Shown here: piece by piece, positions 17,943 through 27,442 of the stretch
Numbering within the stretch: the stretch's first letter is position 1
Layout: every line of letters begins with the position of its first letter
IMG/VR virus record: IMGVR_UViG_3300008448_000038
Span: 1 to 64,000 of that record
Direction: 5' to 3' (one strand)
Source: a virus
DNA length: 64,000 nt
Position numbers and translations under genes: made by a program
Notes under the pieces: model-generated
The model's input: the letters and a program-made list of their open reading frames with translations, nothing else
What the model was told of the DNA's origin: nothing
The model's database searches: none

Positions 17943-20438
17943 ATGCTTCCAAAATATATTAATATTAATGAAATTAGTTTTTATCATGTTTCTACGGGAG
18001 CTTTTGAGGCTTTGCTATTAGATACTCCTATAGAACCTAACCCAACATTTACTTTAGTTGGGGATGTAGCTACTTCGATGTTTGAAAGATTAGAATTGTC
18101 TTCTGGCATTGACCACAAATTTGCTAATGGTATTTTAGTACTTAAAGATCGTGGTGATATTATTGGAAAATTAAATCCATCTGGTAAAGATATTATAAAA
18201 ATTTCTATAGCACCTGATCCTCTTACGACTACTGAAGGTGAATCTGAAGGTTTTGAGACATATTATGTTGTTTCAGAAACTGAATATTCTAATGCTGCAA
18301 CTGATCGTAAATATTCAAAACTTATAACATTTAAACTATTATCAATAAATTTTTATAAAAATTTAAAAGCTATTAATACAGACACAATAAACGCAGATTT
18401 ATCTGTTTTAAAATATGGTACTATAGACTATAGTAATAAAATTTTTGATAAAATTTGTGAAGATGTTAAATTTATATTTCAACCCTCAGAGTTTGATACT
18501 ACTACTCAATATTATTTAAAAAATAAAAATTTAATATTTCCAAATAATAGAATCACAGATGATTCTCCCTTTGCCCATTTAGAATATATGAGTAAATATG
18601 CAATGGGAAATAACCTTTTTCCTTCGTTTTATGTTTATGAAGATGTAAATACATTTTTAAATTTTGTTAATATTTTACCAACAGAACCTATTGAACACCC
18701 GACAACGTATATTGTTGGTAATATAAACACATTTCCCGGTCGTGAAGTACCGTTTGAACTAGTATCAATAAAGAATTTTTCATTTTCTCGGTTAATATCA
18801 GAAGGTGCCTTAAGTTCTTATTATGAATGTGTTTATCCAGATTTTTCAAATTACTATTTCGATTATTTGGGAAATAAATCTTTTATTAGAAGAAATATAG
18901 AATTTGATATTACTGAGTTAAATACTGACTTTAATAAATTATCAGAAGATTACGATAGAGGCATTTCATATACATTTCCCGATACTCCTTTAGAATTTAC
19001 AACATTTACATGTAATCAAACAGATCCAGAAACTGGTGAATGTCTAAATGGATTAACGACATCTTTTTCTATACAGCAATCTTATCCTGCGTATATTCCG
19101 ATGAAAAGATTTGTTGATGATAAACCTTACGGCTACTATGATTCTACTTATTTAAATACAAATTATGATCCTTCGTTCAATAATTTCTTAAATATTGATT
19201 CCACCAAAACTACTGATAAACTATATCAAACAATGTTTGATATTTTCCCGTTTACTGACGATGACTTAACAGAAAACAATTCCCCGGGGATTACGAATAG
19301 TATAGGGATGGTCCGAAAAATAATTGAAATTTTAAATTTAAATGAAAGTGCAAAAAAAATTTATAGAAAAAAAATAGAACTAAAAGAAAAGTTTAATGTT
19401 TTTAAATATGTTTTATGTTGTTTGTTGGGTGATGATGAAGATGTAAATACTATTGATGCCGTTGTTAAATATCATAGTGTTTTAACCAATTCGACAGATA
19501 CTAAGCATCCAGTTTATCTTTATACATTCAAACAGATTGAGTATATACCTTTAGATTTTAATATTTTCTTTAATTCAATAGATACAAATTTAAGTGGATT
19601 TACTTTAATTCAAGGATCTAGCACTGCTCTAAGGGGAGTTACTATGAGCGGAATCACGTTAGATTTATCAAAATATGATTCATTTTATTGGCCAACAGGA
19701 ATTGTAACTACGCAATTTAACATAAATCTTGGTATGGCAGGACTTGCTGCTGGCTTAACAAGATCAAATATACATTTCTTAGTTGCTGGATTGAAGGATG
19801 GAGTAACTGGCTATTGTTTTAATACAAATGAAACTATGAATTTTCATGTTAATGTTCCAGTTGACAACCCCGGAAGTGCTATTGATCCAAATTTTACATA
19901 TTTTTCGAATGGTCTTACTTTAGGCGCAACTGGATTTTTTTATGGTGGATCTGGGTATGATTTATCATTGAAACAGCTTATTTTACGTCAAATTGGTTCT
20001 GGAGGAATTGTAACTGATACATTTGCGCTGAATGATTATAGAATCATGCCTATTGGCTGTATTAAACAAAATTGGTCATTAGATAATGCTAATGAATTTT
20101 TGGCATCACAATCTCAGCTTACTACAACAAAATGTAATATAAGATCAAGAGAACACATTACGAAAATATTTAGAAAAGATTTAAAAAATCTTAAAGGAAT
20201 TTCAGGACTTACATATACCTGTGCTGGCGTTACAGCAATTGTAGATGGGAGAACAAGTAATTTTATAATATGTCCAAACACAAATTATTACACCTTTGAT
20301 GTTCAAAATTCAATAGATGGATTCTGTGGTATTGAATGTGAGCTAAGTGATAATAAAAATCCTATAGTAGGGTTTACTGCTTCGCCACAATCAGATCCAT
20401 TTAAGTTTATAAGACCGTATCCGATTGGATATACCTAA
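17943..20438 (+). CDS. Baseplate hub (gp27/gpD-like) N-terminal part with a large C-terminal extension
   Basis: GILVLKD..DII..L...GKDIIKISI, IFPN....SPF..LEYM, FYVYED patterns; position between gp53 and gp25. Confidence 0.55.
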   Translation: MLPKYININEISFYHVSTGAFEALLLDTPIEPNPTFTLVGDVATSMFERLELSSGIDHKFANGILVLKDRGDIIGKLNPSGKDIIKISIAPDPLTTTEGESEGFETYYVVSETEYSNAATDRKYSKLITFKLLSINFYKNLKAINTDTINADLSVLKYGTIDYSNKIFDKICEDVKFIFQPSEFDTTTQYYLKNKNLIFPNNRITDDSPFAHLEYMSKYAMGNNLFPSFYVYEDVNTFLNFVNILPTEPIEHPTTYIVGNINTFPGREVPFELVSIKNFSFSRLISEGALSSYYECVYPDFSNYYFDYLGNKSFIRRNIEFDITELNTDFNKLSEDYDRGISYTFPDTPLEFTTFTCNQTDPETGECLNGLTTSFSIQQSYPAYIPMKRFVDDKPYGYYDSTYLNTNYDPSFNNFLNIDSTKTTDKLYQTMFDIFPFTDDDLTENNSPGITNSIGMVRKIIEILNLNESAKKIYRKKIELKEKFNVFKYVLCCLLGDDEDVNTIDAVVKYHSVLTNSTDTKHPVYLYTFKQIEYIPLDFNIFFNSIDTNLSGFTLIQGSSTALRGVTMSGITLDLSKYDSFYWPTGIVTTQFNINLGMAGLAAGLTRSNIHFLVAGLKDGVTGYCFNTNETMNFHVNVPVDNPGSAIDPNFTYFSNGLTLGATGFFYGGSGYDLSLKQLILRQIGSGGIVTDTFALNDYRIMPIGCIKQNWSLDNANEFLASQSQLTTTKCNIRSREHITKIFRKDLKNLKGISGLTYTCAGVTAIVDGRTSNFIICPNTNYYTFDVQNSIDGFCGIECELSDNKNPIVGFTASPQSDPFKFIRPYPIGYT

Positions 20439-20439
20439 A

Positions 20440-21207
20440 ATGAAGCAATTTAAAAGAATACTAACACATTTTTTACACGATGTCCACGAACATAGTGAGC
20501 GATTTTCTCAAATTGAGCAGTATATTTGTGCAAATCCAGATGCAGTTGATAATCAACCAACTGATATACAAGATTGTATTAAAAAATTTCCAAGACTCAA
20601 CGATTATTATCCGACAATGGAATCGTTCGTAGGTCCATCTGGTGGATCGGGATCAGCTACAATAAATATTGTTGCGGGAATAGAACCAAAAGATGAAGAA
20701 TTGCAATCTTTGCTAACTGCTTCTTCTGAGTGTGCTGGAATTTCTGCAATTTTAGGGACACAATATTTGGGATGTGATTGGTCAAGTCCTCAATCCCCTA
20801 TGTCATGTGATTGTCCCTATGTCACGCCAGCTTTTTTAAATTACCTATCTTATAAAAGATTGTCTGCTTCGTATTATAATACACATTTAAAGGCTCCTTT
20901 GTATAGAAATGCACTTGAATCTTTACTTAATGCGAGAAGAATTAAATTAAGAGTAAGAGGATATTTAAATTTCGATGTTGGTTTAGTTATTAACATAGAA
21001 GATAGAAGACCGCTGACGAAAGAAAATGAAGCTATAACTTTTTCTGGTTTCAGTGGTAAGTGGCTTGTTTTAAATCTAACACATGTTTTTAATAGGGATA
21101 GAACGTATGAAACAGAATTAGAATGTGCTTCTTATGATTTACTCATTGGAAATTTAGATCTAAGAAATCCATCTGATTCCTCATCACTAGGAATAATAAA
21201 TAGCTAA
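20440..21207 (+). CDS. Baseplate hub C-terminal part (gp27/gpD-like)
   Basis: IKLRVRG..NFDVGLVINI...FSGKWLVLNLTHVF.....TELE is the typical hub C-terminal motif; start moved to MKQFK. Confidence 0.6.
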   Translation: MKQFKRILTHFLHDVHEHSERFSQIEQYICANPDAVDNQPTDIQDCIKKFPRLNDYYPTMESFVGPSGGSGSATINIVAGIEPKDEELQSLLTASSECAGISAILGTQYLGCDWSSPQSPMSCDCPYVTPAFLNYLSYKRLSASYYNTHLKAPLYRNALESLLNARRIKLRVRGYLNFDVGLVINIEDRRPLTKENEAITFSGFSGKWLVLNLTHVFNRDRTYETELECASYDLLIGNLDLRNPSDSSSLGIINS

Positions 21208-21208
21208 T

Positions 21209-21583
21209 ATGGCAAAAGATTTTGATTTAAACTTAACAGTATCGGCAAAAAGCAAAGATTTTGTGCTTTTGAATACTACTTCTGCTTTGAATCAGACCAT
21301 TACAAATCTAGTCAATGTCAAAACAGGTGATATTATTTCAGATTTTGCCATAAATTCGCCTCTTTCAAGTTTAAACTATTCGGTTGATCCAATTTATAGA
21401 GAATATTATTTAAGTTTAATACCCGATTATCTTACTCATGTGACTAATGGAGAGATTGCGGAGGCAGAAATCACCACAAACAGCGTTACCAATAATAAAG
21501 TTTCTCTGGATATTCGTTATAAAACAAAATCAAATGCGTCTGGTAGATCAAATATAGTTAAAATAGAACAGAACTTATACTAA
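21209..21583 (+). CDS. 25: Baseplate wedge/sheath initiator gp25-like
   Basis: KDFDLNL, ALNQTITNLV....GD pattern; 124 aa; directly upstream of gp6. Confidence 0.7.
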   Translation: MAKDFDLNLTVSAKSKDFVLLNTTSALNQTITNLVNVKTGDIISDFAINSPLSSLNYSVDPIYREYYLSLIPDYLTHVTNGEIAEAEITTNSVTNNKVSLDIRYKTKSNASGRSNIVKIEQNLY

Positions 21584-21584
21584 A

Positions 21585-23270
21585 ATGGCAATATCAACCA
21601 ATAATTTAGACATTTCCGCATTAGATTTTGATTCAATAAAATCTGATCTTAAGACATATCTACAAACGCAAACAGATATTGGTAAGGATATTGGCTTTGA
21701 AACTGGTTCAGTTTCAGATTCTCTACTTTCAGTTTTATCATATAATACCCTATATTATGCATATTACATTTATGCCTTATATCAAGAAACTAGCGTTGAA
21801 AATGCCACCAAGGTATCTTCAATTGAGAATATTTTGAAAGGTATAGGATATACTGCTCCCGGATACAAATCTGCAACTGCAAATATAAGACTAACCTTTA
21901 AACCCGGTTCACCTTCGGTAACTCTTCAAAAATTTGATTTATTTACCGCGAGCAATGAATTCGGTAAAAAATCATTCATCTATACTGGCAACACTCAAAC
22001 CTTTTCAAGTGGATATCTTGATATTCCTGTGACTGAAGGAACAATTGTAAGTGAAGTGCATTTCTTGGATGCAAACGAAACTTATATTGAACTTGATGAC
22101 ACAAATATTGATATTGCAAACATTTATGTTTCTGTGGCTAATATCTATTGGACGAACGCAGTCAATTTTACCGGAGTTCCTACGAGTTCTTCAAAGGTCT
22201 TCTTTGTCGAAAAGGTGAATGGTAAATATAGAATTGTATTTGGTGGGTCAAGACAAGATTCTAGATTAAATGCTGCTGGTGACATTCCACTTACTTCTAA
22301 CGAAATAGTTTTATACTATATTCGTTCAAGTGGAACATCAGGCAATAATTGCAAAGTATTTACATCAACGAATCCATATTTTACAATATCAACAAATATT
22401 AATTCTTCTGGTGGTCTAAATCAAATAGGCGTTGAGTATCTAAGAGAAGTTTCTCCGCTTATTTTTGCATTGAATCCAACCAATAAAAGAATAGTAACAA
22501 TCAACGATCTTAAGGGATTCATCGGCACACATTCTACTTATGATACCACTAAAGATATTGATACTAACATATCTGTATGGAATGGTGCAAATACCAATCT
22601 TAAAGAATTTGGAACTTGTTATTTCTCGGTCATAAATTCAACAAGCACAATTGGAAATCAAATTATTTCCGATCTGGCTGATTTTAAGGCTGGCAATATA
22701 ACAGTCAAATATACGTCACCAATCACAGTCTCACTTGCTGTTACTATAGCAGCTAAGTATCTTCCAAAAACAAAGAAGACTGCTGCTCAATTAAAATCAG
22801 GAATCGAATCTGCTCTAACAGTATATGACGTTAATGAATTTTTCAATAGCGTCAATTCTGAAGATTTACTTGCTATAATGAGAACTGTTGATTCTTCATT
22901 ATCAACGAATCAAACGACCATTTCAATGACTGCGACCTACACACACAGCCTTTCAAATGGTATAAATTTTGGATTTGAGAATGAAATTGTAAGTTTCAAT
23001 ACAGAACTTTTTACTTCAAAATATGGCTCAGTAAAGCTCACAAGTTCAACCGTAGCAGATATTACTGGGTTTTACAAAATTCAAATGAAGAATTCCTCTG
23101 ATGTTTTTATGGATTATGTCGGAAGATTTAATCCCAAAACAGGAGTCATTTCTCTTAAGAGTTCTTTTAATGCAACAAGCATCATCTTTAATTTTGTTGT
23201 CAAGGATATGGAAGCTGTTAAGAACTTTGTAGTTGATCCTACATTTACAGTAACTACAGAAATACTATGA
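21585..23270 (+). CDS. 6: Baseplate wedge gp6
   Basis: LDFDSIKSDLKTYL, FETGS...LLSVLSYNT.Y, IGY.P, YRIVFG, YIRSSG..GN, RIVTIND. Confidence 0.9.
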   Translation: MAISTNNLDISALDFDSIKSDLKTYLQTQTDIGKDIGFETGSVSDSLLSVLSYNTLYYAYYIYALYQETSVENATKVSSIENILKGIGYTAPGYKSATANIRLTFKPGSPSVTLQKFDLFTASNEFGKKSFIYTGNTQTFSSGYLDIPVTEGTIVSEVHFLDANETYIELDDTNIDIANIYVSVANIYWTNAVNFTGVPTSSSKVFFVEKVNGKYRIVFGGSRQDSRLNAAGDIPLTSNEIVLYYIRSSGTSGNNCKVFTSTNPYFTISTNINSSGGLNQIGVEYLREVSPLIFALNPTNKRIVTINDLKGFIGTHSTYDTTKDIDTNISVWNGANTNLKEFGTCYFSVINSTSTIGNQIISDLADFKAGNITVKYTSPITVSLAVTIAAKYLPKTKKTAAQLKSGIESALTVYDVNEFFNSVNSEDLLAIMRTVDSSLSTNQTTISMTATYTHSLSNGINFGFENEIVSFNTELFTSKYGSVKLTSSTVADITGFYKIQMKNSSDVFMDYVGRFNPKTGVISLKSSFNATSIIFNFVVKDMEAVKNFVVDPTFTVTTEIL

Positions 23271-23950
23271 TATTATTTTTCAATCCAGAAACTCAAGGTT
23301 TAACCGTATCATTCGATGCGAGTTATTACATTGCTGAATTGGAAAATTATATTGCTACGACATTTAAAAGCACTACTGCCCCCACAAATAAAATTTTCGT
23401 TGAAGAATACTTTCCTCAATGGATACGAGAACAACACAATAAAAATCCAGTAAGATTTGTAAGCTTCTTACAAAATTATTATGACTGGCTATTTACTGTC
23501 GTTTCTGGTGGAGGATTTGGGGCAGATTATGAACTTGAAAAACTATTGGGTCTGCGCGAATGCCCGTTTAGTTCAGTCGATGAATTGATTTATCTGTACG
23601 CACATGATTTTCATGGAATATCATATACCTCCACACAAGTAGAAAACTTCAGACCCTTTATAGAAAACATTCAGAAAAAATATCTTGCAGTAAAGGGAAC
23701 TGATTCTTCATATGAGTATTTTATTAAACAAATTTATGGATTCACTGCTGGAGTTACGGCCAATTATTCTAATACTACTTTTGTACTGAATTCTACAAAT
23801 ATTGGACCCACAAATAAGCTTCAGGATAAAACTTCTGAAAATACATATACTGTCAAAATCGATGTCAGCTCGACCGCTGCCACTGCTGCTGACAAGAAGA
23901 CTATAGAAGAATCATTCAATATTCTAGGATACAAGACATTGGTAATCTAA
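23267..23950 (+). CDS. Short gp7-like baseplate wedge subunit
   Basis: FPQWIRE...FVSFLQNYYDWL and KGTDSSYEYFIKQIYG motifs. Confidence 0.65.
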   Translation: MILFFNPETQGLTVSFDASYYIAELENYIATTFKSTTAPTNKIFVEEYFPQWIREQHNKNPVRFVSFLQNYYDWLFTVVSGGGFGADYELEKLLGLRECPFSSVDELIYLYAHDFHGISYTSTQVENFRPFIENIQKKYLAVKGTDSSYEYFIKQIYGFTAGVTANYSNTTFVLNSTNIGPTNKLQDKTSENTYTVKIDVSSTAATAADKKTIEESFNILGYKTLVI

Positions 23951-23951
23951 C

Positions 23952-24680
23952 ATGGCAAATACCCCATTCAACTCAAATGACTTTCCACTAAAGCAGTCAC
24001 CATATTACAGCAGAACATACGATTCTGATGTTGGTACTACATTTGGGTTTTCAAATAATCAACTTGTAGCTTTTCAGCCCGGAAATCCGCTTCAGGCCTC
24101 TGAATTGAACGAACTGCAAGAAAAACGTCTTCTTGACAACACTCTAAATTTTGAAATGTTAGGAGCATGGGCTAAAGAATGCTTTAGCAACAATCTAGAT
24201 TTCCCTAAGTGGGATGGGGCTATTCCTCTATATCCAAAGACTGATACTATTGGATCTGATACTAAACTTATTGGTATTACACAAGTTGGAACCAATTCTC
24301 TACAAGTCCAGTTTAGAACTGGTTGGTATCTAGTCAAGACTGATGCTGGATTGAGAACTTGGGTACACTATGACAATTCCCCAGCTACCGTAACCTCATT
24401 TGTCATGGCACCAGCTACAAACTATTATATTGGTCTTTCCAAGACTGAAGGGTATAGTGGAGCTACTGCGACAAACGATCTAGGTGATAATTCTGATGGA
24501 ACTTCAGACCCAAGCATACCCGGAGCGGATCGTTATATTGTAGGTCTAGGATCTGTAATGTTTAGTACAGTTTCTGGCTTTACAGGAAACTTTGAGCCAA
24601 TTTTTAGTTACTTTAATAGCGGTCTAACTGGTGTTACAAACAGTGCTACATATCTTAACGGGTTAACATTCCACCCGTAA
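23952..24680 (+). CDS. DUF4815/VrlC-like virion structural protein (short form)
   Basis: SPYY, VAFQPG.PLQASELNELQ, PGADRY. Confidence 0.7.
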   Translation: MANTPFNSNDFPLKQSPYYSRTYDSDVGTTFGFSNNQLVAFQPGNPLQASELNELQEKRLLDNTLNFEMLGAWAKECFSNNLDFPKWDGAIPLYPKTDTIGSDTKLIGITQVGTNSLQVQFRTGWYLVKTDAGLRTWVHYDNSPATVTSFVMAPATNYYIGLSKTEGYSGATATNDLGDNSDGTSDPSIPGADRYIVGLGSVMFSTVSGFTGNFEPIFSYFNSGLTGVTNSATYLNGLTFHP

Positions 24681-24692
24681 TGGAGGTGAATT

Positions 24693-25274
24693 GTGAGTTG
24701 TGGTTGTAATAAAGGCAAAGATAATAATGGTAATAAAGTGAGAATTTTCAGAGATATTTCATCTGGAAAAACTGATGTAAAAAAACTCTATACGATGATT
24801 CAGGGGTTTGCTTTGGCTTATGCCTCTAGAGGACTGTCAAAAGAAAAGGCCCCCAAGGAAATCAAGCAACTAAGAGTGTTGAGTTGCTTTGGTAATGAAT
24901 CTTCTGGCGGTGAATTGCCACCATGTCAACATCTAAAACAGTCATCTACTGAAGGTAAATTCTATTGCGGTGGATGTGGCTGCGGAGATAAGAAGGCTAC
25001 TTGGCTCAACGGAACCGCTGAAGAGTATTCAAAGTTAGACTTCCCCTTCCTATCCTGTCCGTTGGCCATGCCGGGATTCTCAAACTATAAACAGAGCAAT
25101 CCAGATGAAGCTAACGAACCTATTACAAGAAAATTCTATATTGAAAATATGGATTTTACGGATGTACAGGAAGTTCAAGTTACACAGCATGAATTTGATC
25201 CTGCTGCCCTTGGTTTAGCCAAGCAAGTAACCCAAGATGAACTTAAAAATATGTTTAAGAAAAAATCTGACTGA
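24693..25274 (+). CDS. Cys-rich putative metal-binding protein
   Basis: MSCGCNK, SC...PPC.HL, YCGGCGCGD, LSCP; GTG start with SD GGAGGTG. Confidence 0.7.
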   Translation: MSCGCNKGKDNNGNKVRIFRDISSGKTDVKKLYTMIQGFALAYASRGLSKEKAPKEIKQLRVLSCFGNESSGGELPPCQHLKQSSTEGKFYCGGCGCGDKKATWLNGTAEEYSKLDFPFLSCPLAMPGFSNYKQSNPDEANEPITRKFYIENMDFTDVQEVQVTQHEFDPAALGLAKQVTQDELKNMFKKKSD

Positions 25275-25287
25275 ATCTAATGCAGCA

Positions 25288-25293
25288 TACATA
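25288..25293 (+). promoter_or_regulatory. Late-type promoter box TACATA (gp13)
   Basis: CATACATA-ATAGT-ATG. Confidence 0.5.
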
Positions 25294-25298
25294 ATAGT

Positions 25299-26105
25299 AT
25301 GCCAGCATTAAATTCCAGAGAATCTTTAATAGATTACGCTTTTAGAGCTTTAGGATCACCTGTAATCGAAATAAATGTCGATATGCAGCAAGCCTATGAC
25401 AGGCTTGACGATGCACTCCAGTTCTTTGCCGAGAGGCATTTTGATGGAGTGGATCGTTGCTATTTTGATTATGTTGTCACTCAGCAAGACGTAGATCGCA
25501 AATATATCAATACAGATGCCTTTGGCCCCATGGTTGGTGCTGATGCGTCTGGCCGTCCGGATGGGCGAGACATTTTATCGATCATAAGAATTTTTCCTTT
25601 TGGTACTCATAGCTCAAACAACTTTTTTGACATTCGCTACCAGCTAGCGTTGAATGACTTCTTCGGTATTAATACTAATCTTAACACAAGCGGTGCTGCT
25701 CCAGTAGCAACTTATGACATTGCTAAAAGATATATCAGACTAATTGAAATGATGTTTGATCCAGAAAGAGCTATTCGATTCTCCAAGGTCACAAACAAGC
25801 TTCAAATTGAAACTGACTGGACTGAAATGAAAGCCGGAACACATCTAGCTGTCGAGGCATATGTTCTGTTAGACCCAGAAAGATACACAGAAATTTATAA
25901 TGACATTCTTCTAAAGAAATATGTAACGGCTCTTATCAAGAGACAATGGGGCGCAAATCTTTCAAAGTTTGATGGTGTTCAGCTTCCCGGTGGTATTGTC
26001 ACTAGAGGATCCTCAATTTTCGGAGAAGCAATACAGGAAATCGCCATCTTAGAAGAACAAGTTAGATCTGCGTATGAATATCCACCTGACTTCATGACAG
26101 GATAA
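25299..26105 (+). CDS. 13: Neck protein gp13
   Basis: LIDYAFRALGSPVIEINVD, HFDG, LKKYVTALIKRQWGANLSKF.GVQLPGG, YEYPP.F.G. Confidence 0.95.
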   Translation: MPALNSRESLIDYAFRALGSPVIEINVDMQQAYDRLDDALQFFAERHFDGVDRCYFDYVVTQQDVDRKYINTDAFGPMVGADASGRPDGRDILSIIRIFPFGTHSSNNFFDIRYQLALNDFFGINTNLNTSGAAPVATYDIAKRYIRLIEMMFDPERAIRFSKVTNKLQIETDWTEMKAGTHLAVEAYVLLDPERYTEIYNDILLKKYVTALIKRQWGANLSKFDGVQLPGGIVTRGSSIFGEAIQEIAILEEQVRSAYEYPPDFMTG

Positions 26106-26107
26106 AA

Positions 26108-27025
26108 ATGGCAACAAATCCATATTTCAGAGACAATTATTCTGGAGAGCAGAATGTTACAGAGTCCATCGTAATCGAAACGATTCGAATGATGGGCAAA
26201 AACTGCTTTTACATTCCAAGAGAATATAATAATATTTCTGTTCTTTATGGAGAAGATCCGCTTTCTACATTTACCAATAAAATTGAGATTGAGATGTATC
26301 CAGCAACTGTCAATGGATTTGGTGGTGCAGGAGATTTGGCCTCAAGATTTGGTATTGAAGTAAAGGACGATGTTACTTTAGTTGTTTCAAAGAAAAGATT
26401 TACAAAAGAAGTAACGGAAAGATTTAACACAATCACTCGCCCAAGAGAAGGTGATCTTATTTACTTTCCTTTATCTAAGACCTTCTTTGAAATAAATTTT
26501 GTTGAACACGAAACACCGTTCTATCAACTAGGTAAACTTTATACTTTCACATTATTCTGCGAAACTTTTGTCTTCTCCCACGAAGAATTCAATACAGATT
26601 CGCCATTGGATACTATTATGGATCGTTCAAAGGAAACATACTCATTGTTTATCAATGAGGCTGGTGGTACTTTCATGAATGAGTTTACCATCGGTGATAA
26701 ACTATACCAGAACGGTTTCACCTTGGGTTCATCTCCAAAGACTGCTGCTATTGTGAATTACAATACCAGAGTGAAGCAACTTACACTATCTCCGATCAAG
26801 GGCACATTCGTATCTGGAGATATTGTGGTATCAAATGAATTTGGAATTACTGCTTCAATGACTGGTGCTACATCTTCCAATGTGGTTACCTACTTCAATA
26901 CAGAAACAGATAATATTTCTGACATTGACAATCCATTCGACATGCTTGTGCAAGATTATTACGCTGGAGTCACCCCAAGCTTAATCGACTATAGCGAAGA
27001 TAATCCGTTTTCAGAGGGTATTTAA
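26108..27025 (+). CDS. 14: Neck protein gp14
   Basis: MATNPYF, YIPR, IEMY, FG.E..D, RPREGDLIYFP, FEINFVEHE.PFYQLG, DYSEDNPF. Confidence 0.95.
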   Translation: MATNPYFRDNYSGEQNVTESIVIETIRMMGKNCFYIPREYNNISVLYGEDPLSTFTNKIEIEMYPATVNGFGGAGDLASRFGIEVKDDVTLVVSKKRFTKEVTERFNTITRPREGDLIYFPLSKTFFEINFVEHETPFYQLGKLYTFTLFCETFVFSHEEFNTDSPLDTIMDRSKETYSLFINEAGGTFMNEFTIGDKLYQNGFTLGSSPKTAAIVNYNTRVKQLTLSPIKGTFVSGDIVVSNEFGITASMTGATSSNVVTYFNTETDNISDIDNPFDMLVQDYYAGVTPSLIDYSEDNPFSEGI

Positions 27026-27442
27026 ATGTCTGATATAACAAATAAAGATCAACTCAATAATTTTCTAGAAATTACAACACCTAAAGCCTTGAAGCAAGAG
27101 TCTTCTATAATTAAGAAAAACGTAGAAGATGACTATGAATATGCCCGTGATAATATTAAAGAAATATTAGAAAAGGGCAAGATGGCTTTGGATGGCATTC
27201 TTCAGGTTGCTCAGGACGGAGACTCCCCCAGAGCCTACGAAGTCGCTACAAACATGCTCAAGGCTCTTTCCGAGATCAATAAGGATCTCATGGATGTCCA
27301 TGTCAAGGTAAAGGATAGCGAAAGAACAACCATCAAACAAACTAATAATGCCATTTTTGTGGGTTCTACTTTGGATCTTCAGGACATGATAAATAAAGAA
27401 AGAAGTTCAAAGAAAGCAATAATACAGGATAACAATGTTTGA
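27026..27442 (+). CDS. 16: Terminase small subunit gp16
   Basis: DYEYARDN, SPRAYEVA, NNAIFVGST.DLQ. Confidence 0.93.
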   Translation: MSDITNKDQLNNFLEITTPKALKQESSIIKKNVEDDYEYARDNIKEILEKGKMALDGILQVAQDGDSPRAYEVATNMLKALSEINKDLMDVHVKVKDSERTTIKQTNNAIFVGSTLDLQDMINKERSSKKAIIQDNNV

